A stretch of 64,000 nt of DNA. Origin: Mytilus edulis. Its lineage: Eukaryota. Below the pieces are notes generated by a model that ran no database searches, was not told the origin of the DNA, and was given only the letters and a program-made list of their open reading frames with translations. A program made the translations under genes and the position numbers. Below are positions 39,301 through 53,400 of the stretch, in pieces (the first letter of the stretch is position 1; each line of letters begins with the position of its first letter). The DNA lies in NCBI RefSeq assembly GCF_963676685.1, contig NC_092346.1, positions 44,392,001 to 44,456,000 of the forward strand, given 5' to 3'.

Positions 39301-42300
39301 AGCTACATGATCCTGACTTGGGATAAGCACATAAATACTGTAATTGTGTTAAACATGATTGTAAGTGCTCAACCCTCCCCTAACCTGGGAGATTGGTGTA
39401 ACTGCACAACATAAGAACAAACTGTTAAATGAGTTGGAAAGGGCTTGATGCAACAGATTGGTATGAAGCACACAAAAAAATCTAAAACATGTATCTCAAT
39501 TATGTTGTGGTTATAATGTTCATCTTAGATGAAGGTTATATATGTATAAGAATGATTCTGAACTGTATAAACAATCATCTTTTTTTCTTATTTTCTAAAA
39601 TATATCAGATTTTGATGACAACTCAAATTATTATCATGGAAATTTCAACACAGAGGCTTACAGCCAGTATGATGAGAACTATCAGATACAACAGCATCAC
39701 CAGGAGATCAGAAATCTGTATGCTCAGAAAAATATGTCAACTCAACAGAATTTATACACATCTGCACAGAGGGATAATCCAATTACAGTAACATCAGGTT
39801 TGTCCTTCATTGCTGTTCCTTACAGAATGAATTGAAATAGAAAAGTTTTTGTGAAGTGTCATAAATTTATTCAATGAATGGGTGATGATATGGGACATAA
39901 CTTCCGCTTCAGGTTAAAGTTTTTGGTCAAGGTAGTTTTTGAAGAAGTTGAAGTCCAGTCAACTTGAAACTTAGTACACATGTTCCCCATGATTATATCT
40001 TTCTAATTTTACTACCAAATTATAGTTTTGACCCCAATTTCATGGTCAACTGAATATAGAAAACGATAGTGCGAAGTTCAGGTTAAAGTTTTTGGGCAAG
40101 GTAGTTTTTGATGAAGTTAAAGTTACATCAACTTGAAACTTAGTACACATGTTCCCTATGATATGATCTTTCTAATTTTAATTCCAAATTAAAGTTTTGA
40201 CCCCAATTTCACGGTCCACTGAACATAGAAAATGATAGTGCGAGTGGGGCATTCGTGTACTATGGACACATTCTTGTTATTTTTCATTTGTACATACAAA
40301 TACATAATATTCAGTCTTTCATTGTTTTGACGTTACAACCAACTGAATTTGACACTTATTGTTGATTATAAAATTAAAGTGATTAAAGTGCATATACATT
40401 TGTACTTGACAAAATGATCTTGATTGTTAAAAAATAATTGGTTCATGTATATTTTGGGGGAAAGTTAAATTAACGAATAATATTTGAATACCTAATATAA
40501 AAATATAAAGGAGACGAGGTATGATTGATAATGAGTCTATTATACATTAACGACCAAAGACAAAAATATGAACAATTTAAAATACTGGTAACCATACAAC
40601 TTTCAACAATGAGCCAAACTGATATCAATTATTTTATAAAAAAAAATTGGGCATACATCAACCAACAACATTCACTGGATTACAGAATCTAGGTTTCAGA
40701 CAGACACATAAAGAATATTGCAAGGATAAAAATGTATGGGAGTGCTCACCCCTTGGCTTTACATAGGACAGGGGCGTAACAACACAATATAAAAACTGTT
40801 AAAAATCAGTTAGGAAAGGCTTGATGCATCCAATCAGTTCTAAACACAAAAACAAAAAACAAATAAAGAAAAGACAAAAAAAGGCAATCACAGTTACTGA
40901 AAGCTAATTCAAAGGCCAATTTCAGCTTAAAGATGAAAAAAAAGTTGCCAGAGAGAGTACCATTTATGTAATTGGAATATCTAAATATTTTTTGAAAGAG
41001 GTCAAAATAATATGGAAAAGATGTAGGTTCACATCAATGAGATAGTAACCCAACAATACAATACAACAAGAAAAGATGTCTATAATAATGCAATGTATCA
41101 TGTATTAAGTTGGAAGTATTATAAGGATCAACATATTGTGTTACCAGATAATTGATAATGATTTATATCTAAATAGCTTCAGGTGGATTTTGTGGACAAG
41201 ACATGCTATTACCTCATGGATGGTCAATTGACTGGACTGTCCGAGGACGCAAATATTACATTGACCACAACACTCACACCACACACTGGAGTCATCCATT
41301 AGAGAAAGAGAGTCTCCCTACTGGTTGGGAGAGGATTGAATCAAAAGAATTTGGAGTGTATTATGTCAAGTAAATATTGATTTTTAAAACATTTCTATTG
41401 CACTAGTAAAAAAGAATATTAATAGGCTAATGGTGCATGGCTTCACATATGAATATCAACCTGCTAACCAATTTAAGATGAACTATTTTTATTTGTTGTT
41501 TTTATTGGTTTTTTTTAAATTGTACATTTTTAACTAGACATCATGGGTTATTAATATGGTGATGTACGGCAGTCGGGTAGGCAGCCATTTCCTGTGACTA
41601 AATGAAGGTCAAGTTAGATTTTCACGACTTCTGCTTTTATCTTTGTTGACTTGTAGATCTTTAAGTAGAGAAAAGTGATACTTATAGCATTGTCCATGCA
41701 ACAACTTGAAAATGCCTTCATGAAATCTTACCAAATTTAGATATGTTGTTTTCTGTGACTAAATGAAGGTCAAGTTTGATTTTCCCTATTTTAACTTTTA
41801 TCATTTTTCAGGTGTAGACCTTAAAGAAGCGAAAAATGATACTTAGATTAGTTTTGGCAATTCCATTTTGAACCCAACACATTATTCCATTCTTATTTTT
41901 ACTTGATCCTGTTTGCGGATTTGGATTTTCAAATATCATTTTTATGACGAAAATTCAGTTTGAAAAATCTTTTTATTTGTTTCCTTTTAGTCATATAAAG
42001 AAAACAGCCCAGTATCCTCATCCATGTGCACAAAGTATACCAAACATGCATAGTTTCCAACCACCATTACCAGGTGCATTAGAGTATAGACCATCTATAG
42101 CTAGACAGCCCAACGTTCTTGTCCCAGCGAATCCATATCTTAATTCAGGTAAGTATTATTTCAAGAGTTTGAACCATGTTTGCAGTTGATGCCAAAGTCT
42201 TTTTAGTTTAATATTTCCAGACATTATTCATGCCATGGGGTCAGATTAAAAATAACTGCAAATATGAAATATTGAAGTGTAACAAAAGCTATTCATGCAG

Positions 42301-45300
42301 TAAAATCTAGGATTATTTAAAAAAAAAAACTTAAGTTGTGAAATAAAAAGTAACATCACACTGTTCTTTGAAATATCTTTAAAACAACTGTTCATTGAGT
42401 TTGAATTGACCAGTTGCCAGAAAAGGGTTAACAGTTGTAGTTCAGGTTTAATCTTAAAAATATGTTGATGCCTAAACAAAGTTTAAACAGATAAATTGCA
42501 ACATAATGACCTTTAATAAGGTCACTGAACTTCGTTCTAAGCATATTCAAATTTCTCATTACAGCAGATTTTTTATTTCTCAGAAAATATTGATATACAT
42601 GTATAAGAAAAAAGTAAAAACACAAAAATACTGAACTCTGAGGAAAATTCAAAAGGGAAATCCCAAATCAAATGGCAAATTCAAAAGTTCAAACACATCA
42701 AATGAATGGATAACATTTTGACATCTCTTACACTTACTGTGAATTGTTCAGAGTTGGGTTTTTTTAATGTCATTATTAGATATAAGAAGATGTGGTATGA
42801 GTGCCAATGAAACAATTCCTCATCCAAGTCACAATTTGTAAAAGTAAACCTTTATAGGTCAAAGTATGGTCTTCAACACTGAGCCTTGGCTCACACTGAA
42901 CAACCAGCTGTTAAGGGCCCAACAATGACTAGTGTAAAACCATTCAAACCGGGAAACCAACAGTCAAATCTATATAAAAAACGAGAAACGAGAAACAATT
43001 ATGAACCACATCAACAAACGACAACTACTGAACATTAGATTCCTGACTTGGGATAGGTTCAAACAATTGCCGCAGGTTTAAACGTTTTCATATGTACCTA
43101 CCTTCACCCTCACCTTAAACAATAGTGAAACATCACAACATAGAAAGACACACTACATTTATGCATAAGATTTTTGAGGGTAAAGCTATAACAGTATTGT
43201 TTCTCAGGGTTTGTTTTTATATAGCATTTGGTTTATGATTGTAATTTTGTTGCAGCCATTCCCCAATGGTTACATGTTTACTCTAGAGGTGCTCCTGAAC
43301 ATGATCATAAATTAAAGGTAAGCCACTGTAGAAATGAGGGTTTGGATGGGGTTTACAGAATTGAGAATGATGGGCAAAAAAAAGAAAATATGTTTGACTA
43401 ATGAATAAAAAATATATTGATGTACAAAAATGACCTAAATAAAGAATTAAGAAATTAAGATCCTACTAAATTATGTTGTAACTGTATTTAGGGATATCAA
43501 GATATTATTTAGGAAAATTAGGTCCTTTGTTAAATATATTGAATGTTATTTTCTTTTATTATACTTCAAGTTTAAATGCCAGATTTTGATGGGCTTATAC
43601 AAGGGAGATAATTTGCTCTCAAGGGAGATAATTTGCTCTAACCAATAGCTCAGTGGGAGACAATATGGGTTGATTTCTCTTCACTAATAGTATGTGATCA
43701 AATGGTTCAGCTGATTTTTTAACAGTTAACTCCCTTATGTGTTCTATACATTTATTTCAAAGGACAAGTCCACCTCCAAACTATTTCTGTGCAATAACTG
43801 TTGCAACCAAATTCAAATTTTGATATGTTGTTTTTCACAACAAACTTGGGTATAAGTTTGATTTTGGAAATTTTTGCTGTCCTTGATAGATAGATTGATC
43901 AATTCAAAATGATACTTTGGTTCATTTTCTTGTGGTTGCCTGAGAACAATTCAACTGATCCTGCTCACATCTGAATACTTTGGATTCATTTATTTTTGTG
44001 GGTAACAATTTATTATGAAATGAGAAAAAAAAATCATTTTCCTGGATATTTGATTTTGTGGTTTTGACAAAGTCTGCATATATTTCCATTTGTAATTCAT
44101 GGAACTTTTGAATTTATGCTTCCCTTGTATCTATAAAAATTGAAATCCAATGAAAAAACAATTAATCCACAGTATCTTGTATTGTAACCATTGGGTTGAC
44201 AATATTCAATTTTCCCATTGAGCAGATATCATTATTTAATGAACTAAAAATATTAGTTAGTGTCTTTTCCATTAAATAAATTGAGAACAGTTCAACCATT
44301 TTTTTTCTGATAACAAAATGTTGGTCCAGGTTGATTTTGATCATTTCCACTTTTGATACTGAGGAGTTATGGCCCTTGATAACTGATAGACTGAAACTAA
44401 TATATGCGAGAAAGACCCTGTTTGCTCATATGTTTAAAGTTTCTTGTCTTTTTTTTCATCATAGCCTCAGTAAAGTTAAAGTATCATTATTCTTATAACT
44501 TATTAAGATGACCTAAAGTAAAATTTAAAAAAAAACAAAAACAAGCATTTTTAATGTTGATTTTATTCTTTTGTATTTTTCAGTGGGATTTATTCCGTTT
44601 AAATGAACTAGAACATTTTGATGCCTTGTTAGTACGATTGAATAGACAAGATATAGAAGACATTGTCCTGAAATATGAGCATTTTAGATCGGCTTTAGTG
44701 ATAGAAATGGAGAGACGCAGACAGGAAAAAGAAATTGAAATGCTAAAACAATCAGTTGAAAATCCACAACTCCCTGTATCAACAACTGGGAATAAAATGT
44801 TACCTTTCTCTATAATGAACAATCCAATGGGACAAAATTTACCAATAAATCCAATGGGGAACGATCAGTTTCTGTCTCAAAAACCTGAATCTAAACAAAT
44901 GATGTACATGCAAAGTCATGTCAATGAACAACCTAAGCCTTCTGTGATATCAAATGATCATCCTCGTGTTGGACAACCACAGTTGATATACAGTCAGCCT
45001 ACAGCAATGTATGGTCCCAACAGGATGATGGTCAACAGAGATCTAGAACAAGAACACTTAGAACTTCAACGAGAGATGCAACTACAGTCACAACAACAAC
45101 AAAGAATTCAACAACTTCAACAACAGTATCAACAGCTTTTACAACAATATCATGCCCAGCATAATCAACCTTTGAGTTCACCTACCACCGCTAATGTCTC
45201 TGTTTATTCACCTTCAATTCAATATAGACAACCCATGCAACAAGTTCAGCTCAGACAACCTGTATCCCAGCCACAGTTACAGTCACATATGCAAATGCAT

Positions 45301-45735
45301 AGGCCGCCACCTTCCCTTTCTCCTGCAATGCAGGATCAAACAGTTTATGGACAGCTGCAGCCTCAATCTATGCAAATTATGAGGTACCAGCAACCCCCTG
45401 TTCACATCCAACAAGCCCAACCTGTGCCTTTCATACAACAGCCTATTCTTTCTCACCATGGTCAATCAACAACATCTCAGCAACAGGTGAATTTAACACA
45501 GCATATTACACAATCAGCACCTCAGTCTCAAGGAAACCCTAGTCAACTTATCAACCAATCAGCTCCTCAGTTGCAAAATTCTTCACAACATATCAACCAA
45601 TCTACACAGCACTCTCAACAAAACATGCATATGATACAGAATCAGCAGTCAGGAGTCGCAGCAGCTCAGGGTCAACAGACAAATGCACAACAAACATCCA
45701 GAGCATTAACTCAAAATATTGAAACAAAAGTTTAA
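36400..45735 (+). CDS. SAV1: Protein salvador homolog (Hippo pathway scaffold; 2 WW domains + SARAH) with Gln-rich C-terminal extension, about 738 aa, 7 exons
   Basis: Exons 36400-36490, 38297-38668, 39609-39797, 41177-41369 (alternative in-frame acceptor at 41183), 41991-42148, 43256-43317 and 44584-45735 (2217 nt). The N-terminus MLSKKK...[13 protein letters not shown], the WW pair [78 protein letters not shown] and the SARAH segment [19 protein letters not shown] all match SAV1/Sav. Confidence 0.96.
39880..40280. mobile_element. HINE/pearl-like element with 2 x ~170-bp tandem units (SAV1 intron 3)
   Basis: The unit ttcaggttaaagtttttgg..aaggtag occurs at 39908 and 40077, and the element ends ggggcattcgtgtactatggacacattcttgtt. 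A one-unit copy of the same family lies at about 50770-51050. Confidence 0.75.
42777..43157 (+). repeat. Abundant interspersed repeat family (longest copy)
   Basis: tagatataagaagatgtggtatgagtgccaatga... recurs at 493-686, about 39062-39470, about 40500-40850, 50574 and reversed at about 51055-51245. Confidence 0.75.
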
Positions 45736-47155
45736 TGTTAGCACTGGTTCAATTCAAAGGCATTTATGGACTACCCCGGTAATTTAATTTTTCAATCAAA
45801 TAAAATTAATATTGCAATTCTGTTGAGCATTTGATTGTAAACAAAAATGAATTTTGTAACTTTTATAATATTGTATGTCAGCACATATGAAAAAAGATTA
45901 GCTGAAAATTGTACTTGATTACTCAAACCGGAATCTTAAAAAAAGCTGTTTTTATTTGGTTACCACATATTTATTTATTTTTTTGCTTAACATTTGTTTA
46001 TGAAATCTGTCTGCTGTTGATCTCTATTTAATTGATATTTTGTACTTGAAACTATTATTTGTTTTGTTGCTTTTTGTTATCTGTCTCATTATTTAATATG
46101 ATAGATTTATTCAAATCCTATTAAACTACATATCCTGTGTCCAAGCTTTGTTTAAAAGGATCTAAAAACACTCAGTTCTCCTCTCAGCCTAAAAGACATT
46201 TAAGGATTCTCTTGTTTTGTTAAAAATTTGAAGGCTTAAAATTTCATTGAAAAATTGGCCAATGTTATAATTACCAGAACAGAAAGGGAAATGGACTGTT
46301 TTCAGAATTTTGTAAGCAAAGCTTGAACTCTGGATCAATGTTTTAATCAGATTGTAACTATTCCATATGTTATTATGTACTGTTACTGGTACTTAAATGT
46401 TTAAAGAATTATGGTTACTTATTTTCTTAATCATGCTTACTGAAATTTTTCTTCATGTCAACTTTAGATATATTTATTCCATATGCTTCAAAAAATCTAT
46501 TTTACTATAAGGTACAAAGCTGGGACGGAAGTTGTCTAAAGAAATATAACGTCTTGAAAGACTAAGTTGTCAAAGCAAAAAAAATAAATCGCCTTACAGA
46601 ACGTCATAATTATTTGGACTAGGATGGAACAAATTCTTCAGCATAGCAAGGCAAACAGTTTTGTATTTCTGAATGGTACAAATTAATATTCAATTACAGA
46701 AAAGTCTGTATTAAAAGGTCCTTTATTTTTATATACCGTTACTAGTAAATGAAATGGATTGATATGCATTTGCTGCTTTATAAATATATGGTCTTCATAT
46801 ACATGTAATTCTCAAAATTCTTGGTGCTTTTTTCTTGTAAACCTGTTTATTTCACTATTGCAGTCCATTTTTGACATGAAACATACTTGTGTGTGAAACA
46901 TTATAGCTATCTGAAGAACAAAAAACAGTCAGTATATACTGTGAATGCATGATTATTCATGGGTTACCAAATTTTTCATGGACTTCCTTGGTAAAGGTTA
47001 ACCAAATATTTTAAGTTTTAACGAAGTACAATTCAGATGTTTCCATTATATCAGGATTAGTTTTGCAAAAAAAACATTTTTCAGTTTGATAGCATTATAT
47101 GAATGATGCATAAAGCACAGAAAAGCCTACACCAATGCAACAAATATATGGTATA

Positions 47156-47343
47156 CTGTGGATTCATTTATTTTCGTGGATAGAGAAAAAAAGGCATTTC
47201 GTGGTATACATAAATTCGTGGATCGCTGATTACAACAACAAAAAATTAGATACGTAATTCGTGGATTTCTTTTGGATTTATGTTCGCTGTGACTCACGAA
47301 ACCCACGAAAATTGGTATACCACGAATAAAAATGAATCCACAG
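47156..47343. mobile_element. MITE, TA TSD
   Basis: TA|CTGTGGATTCATTTATTTTCGTGG ... CCACGAATAAAAATGAATCCACAG|TA. Older relatives lie at about 43977-44173 and 46937-47050. Confidence 0.8.
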
Positions 47344-50300
47344 TATTCTGTTCATTTCAAATTCCAAGGGTTCAGTACAGTAGTTTATTAATGCTTAATT
47401 TTGTTTGCCACAGTACACATAATGGACTAAGTTTTAAATCTTGTGTACATCCATTATGTAGCTTGCTTACAGTTTGATGCTATCTGAGTGGAAAACTTGA
47501 TTACTTTTTAATCTGTTTTATGCATTATGGAGATGTGATAAAAAGACTAGAAATAACAATTCAAAATAGACTTTCATGTGTATTTTTTAAGGCATATGTA
47601 TAACAATGTATTGATAAAATTGTACAAATTGTGTAAATATTAGATAAATGTATTTATCATTACAGCAATAAATTTTCCATTCCCTACCAGATGTATTTTA
47701 TTTTTCAACTAAGATGTTCCTGTTGTTTGAGATCAACAATTATTGATTCATTCATTTGGATGTCCTCAATGGAATTTATGCCTCAATTCATGCTGGTGTT
47801 CCTTTAATCACCTCTAAATGTTCACTTAAAGCCATCCAATATCAAGAATTTCCAATTATATTTAAAAAAAAATCATTGATAAGAGGAATCAGACTTTATA
47901 CAATGTTCAAGTTTCTTAATTCGCAGTTTCATAATCTAAAGAACTATGGGTATTTTCTATGTTTGCATTTCAAATAAAAAGAGGTTAAATTCCACTGTTC
48001 AGGACCTTGTACTGCTTCATGACCAGTCAATCACAATGATTTGTCCTGTATAATGTTTAAAATATTACCCAGAATGCATTAGATTTTGAAACAGCAAATT
48101 ATAACACTGAAAAAGGTTGACATGTATTAGATGTTTATACATTATTTAAAACTGGTAATTAAGAATCTGATCATTTTCAAAACCTGCTACAAAAATATGT
48201 CTTTATCAACATCAACACGAGTATAAATCTGGTACTTATAGTATATAAATGGAAAAAAAATACACCTTACAAAAAATTAATGTGGCAAGTGTCTTGCGTA
48301 TTAGTTGTTGTTACACAAATATATTGATTATGATTGAAACTGTTAAGTGGAAAATGCAAGATGAAATCACAAATACTTGTAATTCTTGATGTACACAAAC
48401 ATGTTTAATTAAATACAACTTTCCCTGTCTGTGCCAAAAATAGAATTAAACAGAAATATGTACCTAAGCATCCCTCTTCACCCCCTAAAAATATTAGTAG
48501 AATTGATAATGGAACATTTGCATGGCTCAATGAGTAGAAGTGTCATTGTTATACATATGATAGAGAAAGGGTTAGATCGTTTCCATTTGCTGACCATTGT
48601 CATTGTCTTTTAACAGCTCCTAATCTACAAAAACTTACAGTTGTTCATGCTTTTTATTTCTATCTAATCATTCAAAATCATTAAAAAAAAAAAAATTTAA
48701 TGCAAATTTTATGACATATATTTAGATATTTTGGCAGTGTGGATTTCTTGTCCAACAAAAGTTTTGCATTGATTTATTCCTAACTAAAAAACAACACTCA
48801 AAATCTGAATTATGAAGTTATACAGATTTTCATGAAGTACAACAGTTGAAGTTAAGTTAATAAAAAATAATATATATCACAATTTTAATAGTTACATATA
48901 GTTTATTTTTAATTAAGGTTACGGTATGTCCATAACAACATTTGTACAATATTTTTTTGACAATTCATTTGAGCTGATATCAATGACTCTTAAAAAATTC
49001 TTTATCTAGTAAGACTTTTTTGTCGTTTCCTAAAATAATTCATTGGCATTATATTTATTCAGTCTGATTGAAATATTTTTAAGACAACAAGACACATATC
49101 ATAAATGCCATCTGGTTCACATAATAATTATCATTTTCCCAATATGTTTAATTACACATTAAATACTCTTGAGTTGACTAAAAATGTCATGTGTGTAGCT
49201 GATCATGGCTGAATAATAATATAAAAAGTGTTTGGTCAATATCATACTAGTACATTCATCAAACTAAAAAGTAGGGTCACAACAGAGGTATTAGATTTTA
49301 AGTTAACAATAATATAGGTCAACAATTTTTAGTGAATCACTGAACTATGGAAATTAGGTTAACACCCAACAAACTTTCAACAGTGCTTAAAGAACATCAT
49401 GCATGGTTGACCTTTTTGTTGAATATATATGCTGGAGACATGGACAGTAAGACATTTATGAAAAAAGAATGGATTGTTCAGCTTTTCTATCTTCTAAAAT
49501 ATAACTTTGTACAACTAGTTAATGCCAATGCTATTACAACAAACATGTTTTTCATCTTCATCATCAATTATTAAAAAATCATAGATTAATTTTATAGATA
49601 AGAAAAATTTTGGAACTAGAAAAAAGAACATTTGGGCAGTGTCAGAAAAACCATAAGCAGAATTATGAAAACGATTTTTTTTCTTCTTTTTTTTACTTTG
49701 CTAAAAAAATAAGTTGTTTTTGGTATTTTTTTTCCAAATTTTGAATTTAAATTCATTGCAAATGAAAAATCCACAAAACATTATCTTATAGATTGGAAAA
49801 AATTAAGAAAATAAGAAAGCTGAAAAAATTATCAGTAAAACATCATTGCTTATACTCAAGTCTGCACAGCATTCAAACAACAAAGGGTTGCTATTGGTAT
49901 AGGAATATTGTCTAATTATATCTAGCACATTTTAATCTTTGGTTCTATGGGTTAGCTTCAAAACAATTTACAACACTGATAACAAAATCTGTGATAAAAT
50001 TTGTTTAAACAAAGTGAAAACTTGTATAAAATAAAGATATTCAAAACAATTGTAAACAGACTAAAAACTTGTCAATGAGGCCATTCATATTGTTTTATTA
50101 GCACCTTGTGCTGATATGACTGCAACAAATATACCATAAAATTATTGATATGTATTAAAATATTTTTACAGTACAAAATGTCATGGACAAATTCAAACTT
50201 TATAAAAAAAAAAAAAATATCAAACAAGAAACCAAAAACATTTAAAAAAAAATCCAGGGAAAAAAATTAAATGCCAGCATTAAAAGCAATAAATTCTTTT

Positions 50301-50447
50301 TGTTTGAATTAGTTTGTTTTTTTATAAAAAATTTACATGCATATAAAGTGTATGGGAACTAATTATTACATTTTATTCTTGTGATTTTTTTACAGCACAA
50401 AACATTCGTCATTCACTCACATTTTCACACATTTGTACACACTTGAG

Positions 50448-53400
50448 CTACGTTTTCTTTTTATGTCTAGATTTATTTTCATCCCCACTGCTTTGAAAAG
50501 TACTCCCACCACCTGCCATTTTTGATACATCTATTCTGTCTTTTAAATGTTCCTGTAATACAAATATTAACATAAGAAGATGTGGTATGATTGTCAAATG
50601 AAACATCTATCCATCAGATAGAATATAAGTGCTCATACTTTATTACTGATTTTCAATAATGTTCGACAATGTAATGTTCGACAATGCAGAAAAAAAATAC
50701 TAATTATCTTTTGGTATGGTTTGTGATGTAGAAAATTAATGAAGGTTCATAAGTGTTTCTGTTGCTAGTTTTTTCATGCCCAATTTATTGGCATTATGTT
50801 TTCCGGTCTCTGCGTCCATCTGTTTGTTAGTTTGTCCGTCTTTCTCGTTTCAGGCTAAAGTTTTTGGTCGAGGTAGTTTTTTGATGTAGTTGAAGTCCAA
50901 TCAACTTGAAACTTAGTAAATATGTTCCCTATGATATGATCTTTCTAATTTCAATGCCAAATTAGAGATTTTATCCCATTTTCACGATCCACTGAACATA
51001 GAAAATGATAGTGCAGATGGGGCATCCATGTACTTTGGACACATTCTTGTTTTTTATGGATTGGACCAATAGTTTTCCTGTTTGAATTGTTTTACACTAG
51101 TCATTTTAGGGCCCTTAATGGCTTGCTTTGTTTAGTGTGGACCAAGGCGCTGTGTTGAAGTCTGTACTTTGACCTAAAATTGTTCACTTTTTGGACAGGG
51201 AGTTGTCTCATTACACTTATACCACAGCTTCTTATTTCTATATATACAGTCTTAGATATTCCTACAAATTTCTTTTGTGAAAATTACATGCTTTTGCCAA
51301 AGCATGAATTGCAACATTGTTTGGAAAATGGCATTACAAATATGCATGAAGTCAGGACTGAATATACTGAGTAAAAACTGTTAAGCAACATACATTTTAA
51401 TTAATAAAAGTAAAAAAAAATCGTTTTTTATTTTTTTTAACTCAGTATATATTTTGTATAACACGAGCATGGAAGGACTTAATGTATCTTACCTTTATTC
51501 TCAGTAATTTATCTTGAAACTTCATTTGTTCTACTGGAGGGTCATAGTATTTTCTACAACCTTCAGCCATATTATTGATTGCCATGACGATCAAACCAAG
51601 ATCTGCATGCTGTAAAAAATATATGAACAAAATGGAATTAGTCACTTGCAATTTTGTTCTTGTTTATGATACAAAACAATTGCAGCAATAAATGTAATAG
51701 ATGTACAAATTTCCTGTAGGTTTGTAATAAAACTTTGACAAATCCTCTATATGCATTATCCACAAAAATAATTTTGTGGAACGAAACCTGTGTTTAAAAC
51801 CCATTACACAATAAGTTCGTTTCCTGTATTTGTCATCATTCAGTAAGATACTTTTTCTCATAGAAAAATGAAAAATGGACTTGTCCAAATGTAGAAGACG
51901 TCAAGTTAAAGTACTAATCTCTATATATATGCAAATCATTTGTTGGATTTCTTGTTTCATAGATGATAAAAAAATATATCGTCCAATTGGATATAAAAAA
52001 AAATGGGAATGCATGGCAACTGATGAACCCGATATGTTTGTTTTTCCAGTGGACAAGTCTGATGTGTTGTTTTGTGACCAATTTCATATGACGTGTTTGC
52101 AATGTTTTCTTTATTAGTTTTCGTGCTTGAAGATCATTATTCATCTTTTATATAAGCTTTGGATTTCAAATATTTTGGCCACGAGCATCATTGAAGAGAC
52201 ATGTATTGTCGAAATGCGCATCTGGTGCAGGAAAATTGGTACCGTTAATGTTATCACTAAGTTTCCTGAAATTGATATAGGGCTATGCGGATCTGGTTTT
52301 TTTTTCTTTCTTGTTTGTGAAATGACAATTTAATTTCTTTTTTGTCCATGGACACAACCCCCCTTTTTTGAAATTATGAGACGATGTCAATTGTCATTTG
52401 ATGTTTATGACAGCTGAGCAAAAAAATTTAGCTAGAATTTAAGAAATAATTACAAAAATAGCATGCCAAGCATATTGATAGAAAAGGTGAAATATGTTTT
52501 TTTGCATATTTTTCTGTCATTAAAGAACGTTTTTTCTTCTTTTTTATCCTGACTGACTGACCCCGACTTTTTTATGGGAAAAATCCCTATACCAACAAAT
52601 TAAAAAACCCTGGCCTTCATGTTTAAACAAATCAATATCAAAAAAAGGTTTGAACTGAATCAAATTAAGACATTTATGTTAAATAAAAAATGCACTTTTA
52701 ATAGTGGAAATCAAACCTTTTCTCTTTGATCTCCTTTATTTAACATGATCTCTTGTTCATCATGTTTATTTTGATTCTGTGTTTTGTCATGCTTTTGCTG
52801 TAGTTGTGATAATATTCTGTTGTTAGACATCTTCACTTTGTCATGTTCTGATTTTTCTTTCTCAAACTCTTGCCGTAATGTGTCCAACTGAAACAAAATT
52901 ATTATAAAGTTAAAACTATTCTCATTTCAATCTACACAAATGTTTAATGTCCAAAAATAATTTACCATAATTTATCATAGAATATACAGACCTTTGTTGA
53001 CAAGATTTTTTCCTCAAGTCAAATGACATTGAAATTTAAAAAAAATTACATTTCTTAAAAATTATGAAAAACTTAGTTGAAATAAGAGCACATAATTTTT
53101 TATCTCATGAGTAAAACAATATTGCCAATACTGACTTTACTCAATACTTTCTTTCTCCCATTAGTGAGCACTCTTTTTTAACACTGAGCAGGAGGTTAAA
53201 CTGATTCTAATTGCTTGCAGAACAAAGAGTAAACATAAAATAGACATGTGAAACTATACATCCCAATCACCCATATTGATCGACTCTGTGTTATTAAGGA
53301 AGCTGGCTTGTCATGTTTTGGATTTTTTGACAGATTTTTGGAATCCTCTGGTTTTATCCATTTAAATGCCTGGAAAAAATTTGCCCGGTGACCCCCATTT

